From Methanotrichaceae archaeon (GTDB lineage Archaea > Halobacteriota > Methanosarcinia > Methanotrichales > Methanotrichaceae), in contig CAWEXU010000010.1 in the NCBI GenBank assembly GCA_963813075.1, positions 1 through 64,000 of the forward strand: a stretch of DNA of 64,000 nt. The letters run 5' to 3'. Below, one piece after another: positions 10,227-19,720 of this stretch. Position 1 is the stretch's first letter. Each line of letters opens with the position of its first letter. A program made the translations under genes and the position numbers. Below the pieces are notes generated by a model, which saw only the letters and a list, made by a program, of their open reading frames with translations, was not told the origin of the DNA and ran no database searches.

Positions 10227-11300
10227 TTGGCAAAGATACTGATAAGAGGCGGGGATCTGGACCTGGTTGAGTACGAGTTCCAGCCCTTTGTCCCGGGCCA
10301 GTGCATAAAGACCCTGGGATTGGAAAAAGACTACAAGCTCACGCCGGTTTCAGGAAAAGTCACAGCTACCACTCCTGGTCGAATCCACCTGACTGTGCTG
10401 GACATGAACCGCTTCGCCCCCAACCGGCCGGGTGGGGGAGGAATGGGCTTTGCCCTGCAGATCTACTGCTCTGCTCAGGTGGAGTGCACCCCATCCGGGC
10501 TGGAGATCGACTATTCTCGGGAGCCCATAATCCGCCATTTTGTGGAGGTATTCAGAAAGACGGTCCGCTATGAGGGCGGATTCAGAATTGTAGTCCGGGA
10601 CCACCAGAAAAAGCACGTAGGCCTCGGCTCCACCGGATCGGTCCTATTAGCTCTAGGCCATGCCATGAACACCGCTTTGGGCTCGCCACTCACCAGAAAA
10701 GATATCCGACTGCTCATCGGCCACAACTATGTGGAGGAGACCGAAGATGGCAGGGTAACAAACGGCTTTGAGACCGGCGTGGGTCCGGCAGCAGCAACCT
10801 ACGGAGGCATGGTAATAACCGGCGACGAGCTGGCTCTGGTCTACAAGCACCGGTTTGCTGAGGGCAAGAATGTCTTTGTCACCATCCCCCCCACCATCGT
10901 CTCCTCCGCCGGCCGCTCGGAGTTCGATCTGCTCATGAACCGGGCCAGAAACCTTGATTATCAGGACCGGGAGCTCAAAGCCTATCTGATGCTCATGGAC
11001 CTCATCCCCGCCCTGGAGAGGGGCGACCTGAAGAAGATCGGCGACACCATCTGGGAGATTGAGTTCCGGGGCTCGAAAAGGGCCGAAGTGGAGCACCATG
11101 GCTTTGAGATCTACCGCTACATGAGCATTCTGCGAGAATCTGGCCTGGAGTTCGTGGGCATGAGCTCGGTTGGCCCTTCCATCGCCATTGTCACCGAACG
11201 CAGCCGGGATGAGGTGGCGAAGATAATTGAGCCGGTGGGCCTGGAGATCGCCGTGGAGACCAGGGTGGACAATGAAGGCCTGAAGGTGAGCATAGAATAA
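10227..11300 (+). CDS. GHMP-kinase fold protein, beta-RFAP synthase-like
   Basis: TPGRIHLTVLD, HVGLGSTG, GMSSVGP motifs; GAGGTG RBS before TTG. Confidence 0.75.
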   Translation: MAKILIRGGDLDLVEYEFQPFVPGQCIKTLGLEKDYKLTPVSGKVTATTPGRIHLTVLDMNRFAPNRPGGGGMGFALQIYCSAQVECTPSGLEIDYSREPIIRHFVEVFRKTVRYEGGFRIVVRDHQKKHVGLGSTGSVLLALGHAMNTALGSPLTRKDIRLLIGHNYVEETEDGRVTNGFETGVGPAAATYGGMVITGDELALVYKHRFAEGKNVFVTIPPTIVSSAGRSEFDLLMNRARNLDYQDRELKAYLMLMDLIPALERGDLKKIGDTIWEIEFRGSKRAEVEHHGFEIYRYMSILRESGLEFVGMSSVGPSIAIVTERSRDEVAKIIEPVGLEIAVETRVDNEGLKVSIE

Positions 11301-11326
11301 AGGTGAAGGAGGATAAAAAAGACTTT

Positions 11327-11746
11327 TCAGGGATTCATCCTCTTTCTCTCCCGAACCACCTGGCCAGCCGCCCTCTCCGCCTCAATGCTGCGTCGACATT
11401 GAGGACAGATCCAGATCCATTCCAATCCCGTTGAGTCCTTCTGCAGGCCTCCGGGCAGGGAAGCCTCGATCTTCATCAGGCTGGGGAGGGTGGCATAGGG
11501 CGATTTGCAGACCCTGCATTCCACCAGCTCAAAACAGATCTCGCTCTCCAATATTGACTCATCATAGGGCACCAGAGCAAGCGCTTTGGCCGGGCAGAAC
11601 TCGACGCACAGATCGCACTCCTCTTTGCACCTCTTCCAGTGAATGGTTCTGGAGTCGCTTGTATCCGTCCGGACGATGTTCTGGCTGGGGCAGACATTGG
11701 AGCAGGCCTGGCAGCCCAGACACAGGCTCAAATCTACCTTAATCAT
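11327..11746 (-). CDS. HycF-like 4Fe-4S protein
   Basis: CLGCQACSNVCP, CDLCVEFCP, then CRVC...CPQCRR. Confidence 0.8.
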   Translation of the reverse strand: MIKVDLSLCLGCQACSNVCPSQNIVRTDTSDSRTIHWKRCKEECDLCVEFCPAKALALVPYDESILESEICFELVECRVCKSPYATLPSLMKIEASLPGGLQKDSTGLEWIWICPQCRRSIEAERAAGQVVRERKRMNP

Positions 11747-12180
11747 GCTCTACCTCCCCTGGCGATGAGCATGGCCGCACGATTGCGAGCCCTCATGCTG
11801 GCGAGTTCATAGTCCAGGCTGAGAGCACTGGCGGGACAGGTGGTAACGCAGGCCGGCGCATCCCGGCCGGAGCACAGATCGCATTTATGAGCTATTTTGT
11901 CCGTCCAGACCACTCCAAAGGGACAGGCCAGCTGGCACAGGCCGCAGCCAGTGCATTTCTCTACATCAAACGCCGTCTTCTCACCCTCTTTGTGCAGGGC
12001 ACCGGTAGCGCAAACCATGGTGCAGCAGGCTTCCTCACAGTGATGGCAGAAGACCGGAACTGATGCCAGACTTCCCACAAAATGAACATTGATATGCCCT
12101 TTGCCTCCGTGCACCCGATCGCAGGCCACCTCGCAGGACCGGCATCCTATACATCTGCTGATATCAATATAAACTGGCAT
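11743..12180 (-). CDS. HycB/DmsB-like 4x[4Fe-4S] protein
   Basis: CIGCRSCEVAC, CHHC..C..VC, CTGCGLCQLACP, CDLC...CVTTCP. Confidence 0.9.
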   Translation of the reverse strand: MPVYIDISRCIGCRSCEVACDRVHGGKGHINVHFVGSLASVPVFCHHCEEACCTMVCATGALHKEGEKTAFDVEKCTGCGLCQLACPFGVVWTDKIAHKCDLCSGRDAPACVTTCPASALSLDYELASMRARNRAAMLIARGGRA

Positions 12181-14271
12181 CTAATCCCTCCGGGTGATCT
12201 TGCAGGCCGAGACCTTGTACTCCGGTATCCTGGCCTCAGAATCGGCAAATTCAGAGGTCAGGATGTTGGTTCCAGGGAAATGGAAGGGCATGAATACCAC
12301 CCCTCTTTTCATGCCATCTGTGAGCCTTGCCGCCGCCACTGCTTCTCCTCGGGGCGAGGCCACCGTCACCTCATCTCCATCGGCCACATTCAGCTGTTGG
12401 GCATCCTTTGGATTGAGCTCTAAGAAGAGATCGGGCTCACGCTTTTGAAGGGAAGGACTGCGGCGGGTCATGGACCCGGCGTTATGATGCACTGCCACCC
12501 GTCCGGTGGTGAGGACAAAGGGATACTCAGAGCTGACAGTCTCTGCAGCAGGCCGGTATTGAACAGGCACAATCGCCGCCCGGCCCCCATCGAGCTTGAA
12601 TCCCCCGCCATGAAGTATGGGGGTTCCCGGATGGCTGGAGTCCGGACAGGGCCAGACCAGCCCCTGTGGACCGAGACGATCCCGGCTGATTCCGCCATAC
12701 TGGGGCACCAGGCGGTTGATCTCCGCCAAAACCGATGCCGCGTCCGGATAGCTGAAATCCAGACCCATCCGGCCGGCAACCCGGCATATGATATCCAGGT
12801 CCGAAAGGGCGCTGCCAGGCGGCTCGATAGCTTTGGAACTCCACTGGACCCTTCTTTCGGTGCTGGTGTAGCTGCCCTCCTTCTCCGCCCAGACCGCCGC
12901 AGGCAAAACGACATCCGCGAGCTTTGCGGTTGAGGTCATGAAGATATCCTGCACCACCAGAAAATCAAGAGCTTCCAGGGCTTTTTGCGCATTATGGCTG
13001 CAGGGCTCAGAATTTGCCGGGTCCTCCCCCATGATGTACATCGCCCGAAGCCTGCCCTCTTCTCCCTCTCTTCCTTCTCTTCCCTCTCTTCCCTCTCTTC
13101 CCTCTCTTGCCACTCCTGCCTTTTCGATCATCTCCGTGGCCGTGAGGCCCTTTCCCAAGGGAAGACCCTCTATCCCCCAGCCAGTCTCGAAGAGCCTGAT
13201 CGTCTCCGGGTCGTCTGCCTTCCTGTAGCCGGGATAAAACTCGGCCAGTGCGCCCATATCGCAGGCACCCTGCACATTGTTCTGGCCGCGCAGAGGCATG
13301 ATGCCAGTCCCCTCCCTACCCAACTGGCCGCAGATCAGGGCCAGGTTGGCTATGGCCTGAACATTCTCCGTTCCGGTGGTGTGCTGGGTGATCCCCATGG
13401 AGTAGAGGATGACCGAGGCCGATGAAGTGGCATAAGAGCGTGCCGCCCGGACAATATCGCTGGCAGGAACGCCCGTTACGTCAGCCACCCTCTGCGGGGT
13501 GTACTCGGCCGTTGCCGCCACCAGATCCTCAAAGCCCCGCGTATGCTTTTCTATGTAGGATCGATTGACCAGCCCCTCTTTGATAATCACATGGGCCAGG
13601 CCGTTGAGAAGAGCGACATCCGTCCCCGGTTTTAAAGGGAGGAAGATATCGGCCATCCAGGAGGTATGAGTCCGGCGGGGATCGGCAACTATTACCGTCG
13701 CTCCGGCATCACGAGCCCGGTGGACCCAGCGGGAGAGGACGGCATGGTTTTCGGCGAGGTTCGATCCGATGATGAAAATGCACTTTGAGTTGGCGATATC
13801 AGGAATGGGATTGGTCATTCCCGCCGCCCCAAGGGTGCGGTTCAGCCCCACTACCGAAGGAGCATGGCAGAGCCGGGCGCAGCTGTCCACATTCCTGCAG
13901 CCAATGGATCTGGCCAGCTTCCCGAAGAGGTAGTTCTCCTCGTTGCTGCACTTGGAGGAGGACAAAAAGCCGATGCTGTCCGGCCCGTACCTTTTCAGAG
14001 CACTGCCAAGGCCTTTTGCCACCAGCTCCAGGGCCATATCCCAGGATATCCTCTCCCAGCCGTCTCCTTTTTTCCTCAGGGGGGTTCGGAGCCGTTCTGG
14101 GTGATAGATGATCTCCAAAGCGGCATTTCCCTTGGGACAGAGAGCTCCTTCACTTGCAGGGTGATCGGGCATATATTCGATCCCCGTGGCGTGCTCCTTC
14201 TCGACTGCGATAAAAAATCCGCAGCCTGCACCGCAGTACGGACAGACCGTTGGAACAAGCGCTCTTGCCAT
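12181..14271 (-). CDS. fdhA: formate dehydrogenase alpha subunit (Cys type, FdhF/FdhA-like)
   Basis: CPYCGAGC..CPKG, CARLCHAPS, LRGQNNVQGACDMG, C-terminal molybdopterin-dinucleotide domain; GGAGG RBS before ATG 14271. Confidence 0.92.
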   Translation of the reverse strand: MARALVPTVCPYCGAGCGFFIAVEKEHATGIEYMPDHPASEGALCPKGNAALEIIYHPERLRTPLRKKGDGWERISWDMALELVAKGLGSALKRYGPDSIGFLSSSKCSNEENYLFGKLARSIGCRNVDSCARLCHAPSVVGLNRTLGAAGMTNPIPDIANSKCIFIIGSNLAENHAVLSRWVHRARDAGATVIVADPRRTHTSWMADIFLPLKPGTDVALLNGLAHVIIKEGLVNRSYIEKHTRGFEDLVAATAEYTPQRVADVTGVPASDIVRAARSYATSSASVILYSMGITQHTTGTENVQAIANLALICGQLGREGTGIMPLRGQNNVQGACDMGALAEFYPGYRKADDPETIRLFETGWGIEGLPLGKGLTATEMIEKAGVAREGREGREGREGREGEEGRLRAMYIMGEDPANSEPCSHNAQKALEALDFLVVQDIFMTSTAKLADVVLPAAVWAEKEGSYTSTERRVQWSSKAIEPPGSALSDLDIICRVAGRMGLDFSYPDAASVLAEINRLVPQYGGISRDRLGPQGLVWPCPDSSHPGTPILHGGGFKLDGGRAAIVPVQYRPAAETVSSEYPFVLTTGRVAVHHNAGSMTRRSPSLQKREPDLFLELNPKDAQQLNVADGDEVTVASPRGEAVAAARLTDGMKRGVVFMPFHFPGTNILTSEFADSEARIPEYKVSACKITRRD
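13055..13108 (-). repeat. 9-nt in-frame microrepeat (GRE)n inside fdhA
   Basis: (TCCCTCTCT)n on the + strand; encodes AREGREGREGREGREGEEGR. Confidence 0.9.
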
Positions 14272-14284
14272 TCCTAACCTCCAT

Positions 14285-15040
14285 TTAATATGTATATAGA
14301 CCGCTGTAGGGTCTCTTTGACCTCGGGGTGAGCTTGACGAAATCATCATTCAGGAGCTTTTCCCGGTTCAGTTCAAGCTCAGGGAACTTTTCCATGAACC
14401 CGGTCACATACCTATGCAAAATCTCTCGATCGGCTTGGTCAATGGGCGAAATCTCCACCTGATCTCCCACCTGCGAAGGGTTCACTGAGCCCCGCAGATA
14501 TATGGTCCCGCCGTGCATCCCCGTTCCCATGAAGTTCGCCCGGTGGCCCTGGTCTCTAAGATCCAGGAGGATGACTGTTCCTCCGGCCATGTACTCGCCC
14601 AGGAAGTCCTGGGCAGTGCCGCCTATGACCAGAACCGGCCTTTTGCTCTCGAACTCCTTCATATGCAGGGCGGTTCGGTAGCCGCAGCCGTCCCGCACAT
14701 ATATCGAGCCCCCTCGCATGGAAAAGCCAAGGACATCCCCTGCTCTTCCCTCCACCACGATCTCTCCGTCATCCATGGTGTTTCCCACCCCGTCCTGGGC
14801 ATTGCCATGCACAACCACTTTGTGGCCGAAGAGAAAGGCAGCCAGGTCGTTTCCTGGGGTGCCGAAGATATCGATCTCTATTTGATGCCGCTCTGGCGAG
14901 TACAGTCTGGTGCCGATATAGCGCTGGCCGCATACATTTCTGATGATCACCTTTCTCTCGCCGGAGAGCATCAGATCCCTCAGCCGATCGTTCAACTCTC
15001 TGGTCTTGAGATTCTGGGCATCGATCTCGACCGTTCCCAT
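14285..15040 (-). CDS. gltB3: glutamate synthase GXGXG beta-helix subunit (GltB3)
   Basis: GQRYIG, GTPGNDL, GNAQDGVGNTM, DFLGEYMAGG; GGAGGTG RBS. Confidence 0.9.
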   Translation of the reverse strand: MGTVEIDAQNLKTRELNDRLRDLMLSGERKVIIRNVCGQRYIGTRLYSPERHQIEIDIFGTPGNDLAAFLFGHKVVVHGNAQDGVGNTMDDGEIVVEGRAGDVLGFSMRGGSIYVRDGCGYRTALHMKEFESKRPVLVIGGTAQDFLGEYMAGGTVILLDLRDQGHRANFMGTGMHGGTIYLRGSVNPSQVGDQVEISPIDQADREILHRYVTGFMEKFPELELNREKLLNDDFVKLTPRSKRPYSGLYTY

Positions 15041-15099
15041 ACAGTCACCTCCTGCCAGGCCCTGGCTGATTGGTATGACGCAAATCTCTCCATCTTCGA

Positions 15100-16616
15100 T
15101 CATTCTCCCGCTCCTTTTATTCCCAGGACATCCAGCTCCCACTCATAAAGCCCCACGCCCCGCAGGTGATCGCGGTTGCCGCGCAGGCTCTCTAAGGCAT
15201 TGATTCCCATCCCACCAAGCATCTCTTTGATCTCATGAGACCAGGCAGTGAAATGAGGTTTGTCAGGCGCTGGGAGGCTATTTCCACATTCAGCCGGCCT
15301 GCCAGTCGCGGATCCTGAGTGCAGATGCCCCAGTTGCATTTGCCGGTGTAGCATTTCTGGCAGAGGTTGCATCCCATGGCGATTAGAGCGGCCGAGCCGA
15401 TATAAGTGGCGTCAGCTCCCAGGGCTATGGCCTTGATCACATCGGCGCTGCAACGAATTCCCCCCGCAGCGATGATCGAGCACCGGTTCCTGATGCCGTC
15501 CTGGCGGAGCCGCCGGTCCAGAGAGGATATGGCCAGCTCTATTGGTATTCCCACGTTGTCCCTGATCACCTTGGGAGCAGCGCCAGTTCCTCCCCGAAGG
15601 CCATCGATGGCGATGATATCTGCGCCCGCATGAACTATCCCCGCGGCAATGGCGGCGAAGTTGTGCACGGCAGCGATCTTGACCGACACCGGCTTCTCGT
15701 AGTTTGTGGCCTCCTTGATGGCATGGATGAGCATTGACAGGTCCTCGATGGAGTAGATGTCATGGTGCGGTGCCGGGGAGATGGCGTCGGTCCCCACTGG
15801 AATCATCCGGGTGGCGGAGACGGCATCTGAGACCTTCTCTCCGGGCAGGTGGCCGCCGATTCCCGGTTTGGCTCCCTGGCCCACCTTGATCTCCACCGCA
15901 GCGGCGCAGTTGAGGTACTCGGCGTCTATGCCGAAGCGGCCGGATGCAACCTGGACGATGGCATGCCGGCCGAACTTTTCCCTCATCTCCCTGGGAAGGC
16001 CACCCTCGCCGGTATTGAAGTAAGTGCCGGATTTTGATGCGGCAGTGGCCAGTGAGAGGAAGGCATTGTAGCTGATCGCTCCGTAGGACATGGCGGAGAA
16101 GACGATGGGCGTTTGGACCATCAGATTGGGCGAGATCTCTGTTGCTATCTCTACATCTCCGTCATTCTCCCTGAACTCCATCAGGTCCGGCTTGGCTCCG
16201 AGAAACGTGCGCAGCTCCATCGGCTCTCTCAGGGGGTCGATTGATGGGTTGGTGACCTGAGAGGCATTCAGGACCATATGGTCCCAGTATATCCGGAAGG
16301 ACTTGTCGTTGCCGCATCCGGTCAGTATCACCCCGCCGGTCTCGGCCTGCTTTTTGACGTCCTCCATCTTCTCCCGAGACCAGGAGGCGTTCGATCGGTA
16401 GAATGACGGGTTGGGCCGGACCACTATGGCATCATGGGGGCAGAAGATGGTGCATCTCTGGCAGCCGGCGCATTTGTAATCGTCAGATATCAATCGATCG
16501 CTCACCGGATCGTAGGTGTGGGTGCCAAATGCACACTGCCTCTCGCAGCCCCGGCACTGGCCGCATTTTGCCTCGTCCCTGATGATCTGAAACTCAGGAA
16601 AGACGAATGATTTCAT
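15100..16616 (-). CDS. gltB2: glutamate synthase FMN-binding subunit with N-terminal 2x[4Fe-4S] (frameshift ~15245)
   Basis: SAMSYGA, NTGEGG, QVASGRFG, EIKVGQGAKPGIGGHLPGEKV, CNLCQKCYTGKC; C-terminus in the 15100-15372 frame. Confidence 0.95.
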
Positions 16617-16617
16617 C

Positions 16618-17736
16618 TTATGCCCTCCTGTTGTTAAGTTCGCATATTACCGGTTCTCCTCCGTTGGGGGTCCAGACGGAGTCTAATTCCGGCGAGATAA
16701 GTCTGATCGACGCTTCTTCGCTGGAGAGGTAGAACATCTCTCCTTTTGCAGCTGCTGTTATCGGCCGAAGGCGGATTCTGTCCGTCAGGCCGATCAGCCT
16801 GCCCGTCTGGCCGATGATGATGGCAAAGGGGCCGTTCATGAGCAGGGGACCGTAGACCATTCTCAGTGTGGTGAAGAGCTTCTTCTCCTTCTCGTTCATG
16901 GTATCGATGGCATTCCAGATGGGCGGGGCCAGGATCCTGGCCACGATCTCCATCGGTATTCTCTGCCTTCTGAGGAGTAGGTCTGCGGCATAAGCTATGA
17001 CCTCGGTATCGGTCTGCAGAGTGCAGGCGTAGCCGTACATCTCCAGGTACCAGCGGTTGGTGCCGTAAGAGGAGATCTCGCCGTTGTGCACGATGCTCGT
17101 GTCCAGCAGGCTGAAGGGATGGGCTCCTCCCCACCAGGCCTGGGTATTGGTGGGAAACCGGCCGTGAGCGGTCCAGGCATAAGCGGAGTAAAGCTCGTCG
17201 AGCATGAAGTACTCGCCGATCTCCTCCGGATAGCCCACCCCCTTGAAGCAGCCCATGTTTTTCCCGGAGGAGAATATGTAGGCGTCTTCCGCTCTGCTGT
17301 TGGTCTGCATCACCATTTTCACCACATATTCCTCGTCTGACAGGCTGGCGTCCTCTCCCCTTTTTCTGGGGAGGGCGAAGTAGCGCCAGATGAGGGGTGG
17401 ATCTCGAAGGAGGACCTCGGAGCGGTGAGGGATCTGTTCGTCGTAGACCACATCGAAGTTCTGGTTGAGGTATTGCTCGAATTCCGCCTTGGCCGATCTC
17501 TGCCCCTCGAGGGTTTTGCCGTTGAACATCAGATGGAAGGCATAGTAATCCCGATACTCGGGATATATGCCGTAAGCTGCAAAGCCTCCGCCCAGGCCGT
17601 TGCCCCGCACATGCATGTTGGCTATAGCCTTCATGACCTTGCCCGCGTTAAAGCGTTCACCATCCCGGTTCATTGCCCCGAAGATGGAGCAAGCGCAGAT
17701 CTCCTTATTGTATAGCTCTCTTCTCGTCCTTGGCAT
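16618..17736 (-). CDS. gltB1: glutamate synthase amidotransferase subunit (class II GATase)
   Basis: CSIFG, RGNGLGGGFA, HGRFPTNT, HPF, VHNGEISSY, TDTE. Confidence 0.92.
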   Translation of the reverse strand: MPRTRRELYNKEICACSIFGAMNRDGERFNAGKVMKAIANMHVRGNGLGGGFAAYGIYPEYRDYYAFHLMFNGKTLEGQRSAKAEFEQYLNQNFDVVYDEQIPHRSEVLLRDPPLIWRYFALPRKRGEDASLSDEEYVVKMVMQTNSRAEDAYIFSSGKNMGCFKGVGYPEEIGEYFMLDELYSAYAWTAHGRFPTNTQAWWGGAHPFSLLDTSIVHNGEISSYGTNRWYLEMYGYACTLQTDTEVIAYAADLLLRRQRIPMEIVARILAPPIWNAIDTMNEKEKKLFTTLRMVYGPLLMNGPFAIIIGQTGRLIGLTDRIRLRPITAAAKGEMFYLSSEEASIRLISPELDSVWTPNGGEPVICELNNRRA

Positions 17737-17826
17737 AGCAACCCTGAACTCCAGCCGACCTTGCAGCTTTTCTTTATAGACAATTCTCTGGGTCTAATCC
17801 AGCAGCCAGATTCGTCCCCAGAATGC

Positions 17827-19161
17827 TCACAGGAGTGGCAGGTACCGGTTCAGCTCCCACTGGGTGACGTTCATGCGGTAGGCATCCCACTCTGCCTTCT
17901 TGTTGGCGATGAAGGCCCGGAAGACGTGCTCGCCCAAAGCCTCCCGGACGAGGGTGCTCTTCTCGGTTATGTTGATGGCATCGTTCAGGCTGCCGGGAAG
18001 GGAGGTGATTCCTGCTTTCGCCCTCTGTTCATCGGTCATGTGGTAAATATCCTGCTCCTGGGGCGAGGGGAGGTCGTACTTGTTGGCGATGCCGGCAAGC
18101 CCTGCGGCCAGCATGACTGAGAAGGCCAGGTAGGGATTTGCTGCCGGGTCCGGGCTGCGGTACTCCACTCTTGTGGCCGCCTCCTTTCCGGGCTTGTACA
18201 TGGGGACTCTGACCAGAGAGGACCTGTTCCTCCTCGCCCAGGCGATGTAAACCGGAGCCTCGTAGCCGGGGACCAGCCGCTTGTAGGAGTTGACCCACTG
18301 GTTGGTGACGGCGGTGATCTCGGGGGCGTGCCTGAGAAGGCCGGCGATATAGTATCTGCCCTCATCGGATAGATTGAACTCGTTGCCGGGATCGAACATC
18401 ACATTTCTTTTCCCCTGGAAGAGGGACTGGTGGACGTGCATTCCGCTGCCGTTCTGGCCGAAGATGGGTTTGGGCATGAAGCTGGCATGATAGCCGTATC
18501 TGCGGGCGATCTCCTTGACGGTGATCTTGTAGGTCATCACCGTGTCCGCCATGGAGAGGGCATCCTTGTATCTCAGGTCGATCTCATGCTGGGAGGGTGC
18601 GACCTCGTGGTGGCTATACTCCACATCGATCCCCATGGAGTCCAGGGCGAGGATGGTGTCCCTTCTCAGGTCGGTGGCGTTGTCTGCCGTGGTCAGGTCG
18701 AAGTATCCGCCGTTATCCAGGACCTCGGTGTTGTTCTCTCCTTTGAAGTAGAAGAACTCCAGCTCCGGGCCCACCAGGAAGCTATAGCCGTCGTCTTTAA
18801 GGCGGCTCAGGTTCCTTTTGAGCACATATCTGGGATCGCCCTCGTACGGGCTGCCGTCCGGGTTCTGGATGTCACAGAACATCCTGGCCACGGCGTTCTC
18901 CTGCTGCCTCCAGGGGATGAGCTGGAAGGTGGTGGGATCGGGCTTGGCGACCATGTCCGACTCATGAATCCTGGCAAAACCCTCGATGGATGAGCCGTCA
19001 AAGCCCATGCCCTCGGAGAATGCTCCATCCAGCTCCGTGGGATTTATGGCGAAGCTCTTGGGAACTCCCAGGATATCTGTAAACCAAATTCGGACAAATC
19101 TTACATTATACTTGTCTATTGCCTCAAAGACTTCCTCTTTAGACTTTGTTTGCAGAGCCAT
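17827..19161 (-). CDS. glnA: glutamine synthetase type I-alpha
   Basis: FDGSSIEGF, GPELEFF, HHEVAPSQHE, FMPKP..NGSGMHVHQS, RVEYRSPDP; GGAGG RBS. Confidence 0.97.
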   Translation of the reverse strand: MALQTKSKEEVFEAIDKYNVRFVRIWFTDILGVPKSFAINPTELDGAFSEGMGFDGSSIEGFARIHESDMVAKPDPTTFQLIPWRQQENAVARMFCDIQNPDGSPYEGDPRYVLKRNLSRLKDDGYSFLVGPELEFFYFKGENNTEVLDNGGYFDLTTADNATDLRRDTILALDSMGIDVEYSHHEVAPSQHEIDLRYKDALSMADTVMTYKITVKEIARRYGYHASFMPKPIFGQNGSGMHVHQSLFQGKRNVMFDPGNEFNLSDEGRYYIAGLLRHAPEITAVTNQWVNSYKRLVPGYEAPVYIAWARRNRSSLVRVPMYKPGKEAATRVEYRSPDPAANPYLAFSVMLAAGLAGIANKYDLPSPQEQDIYHMTDEQRAKAGITSLPGSLNDAINITEKSTLVREALGEHVFRAFIANKKAEWDAYRMNVTQWELNRYLPLL

Positions 19162-19199
19162 TTCTCTTACCTCCAAGTAGAAGGTACCTTTGAGCGGAA

Positions 19200-19207
19200 T
19201 TTATAGA
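19200..19207 (-). promoter_or_regulatory. candidate TATA box of the glnA operon
   Basis: TCTATAAA on the minus strand ~40 nt upstream of the glnA ATG. Confidence 0.5.
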
Positions 19208-19720
19208 TATTTGAGAATAAGGCTGAAAAGTTATGAAAAATTATGAGCGCATGTTGTTCATTTCTGAGGCGTGCAATTGTATTGAACAGGGAAATGATAG
19301 TTATGAATAGCTCATAATAGGAAGTGATCGGAAAGAATTTGGTCAGGGATTTAAAACGCGGGGTGATGCAAAAAAGAAGTTAGAAAAACCGACCATATGG
19401 CAAATTGACCTGGGTGATTGAGTGCATGACCATAAGTACGACCATAGCATGTCCTGCGGATCAGGGCGCTGATGAGCCCCCAAAAAGAGTTGTGCGTCCG
19501 GCCCACCTAGCCGCTCTCATTCAAGTTTTTAAAGGGAGGACTGTACATCTATTGTCTCACATTTGCCCTCTCACCCAAAATGCTTAAGTAGTAAATTGGT
19601 ATAACATATATAAAAAATTTATGAAAAGATACAAAGTCTGAGGCAGGTCTATCTGCCAGGAAGGGAAAAGGTCCCCAGGTTCCTGCCCGACTGCTATCAG
19701 ATCATAAATGGGGGGAGAAT

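Noticed and set aside
12181..14271. Selenocysteine in FDH
   Set aside because: The active-site codon is Cys and there is no in-frame TGA
19465..19500. Hammerhead ribozyme (CTGATGAG core)
   Set aside because: No stem II closed by GAAA follows
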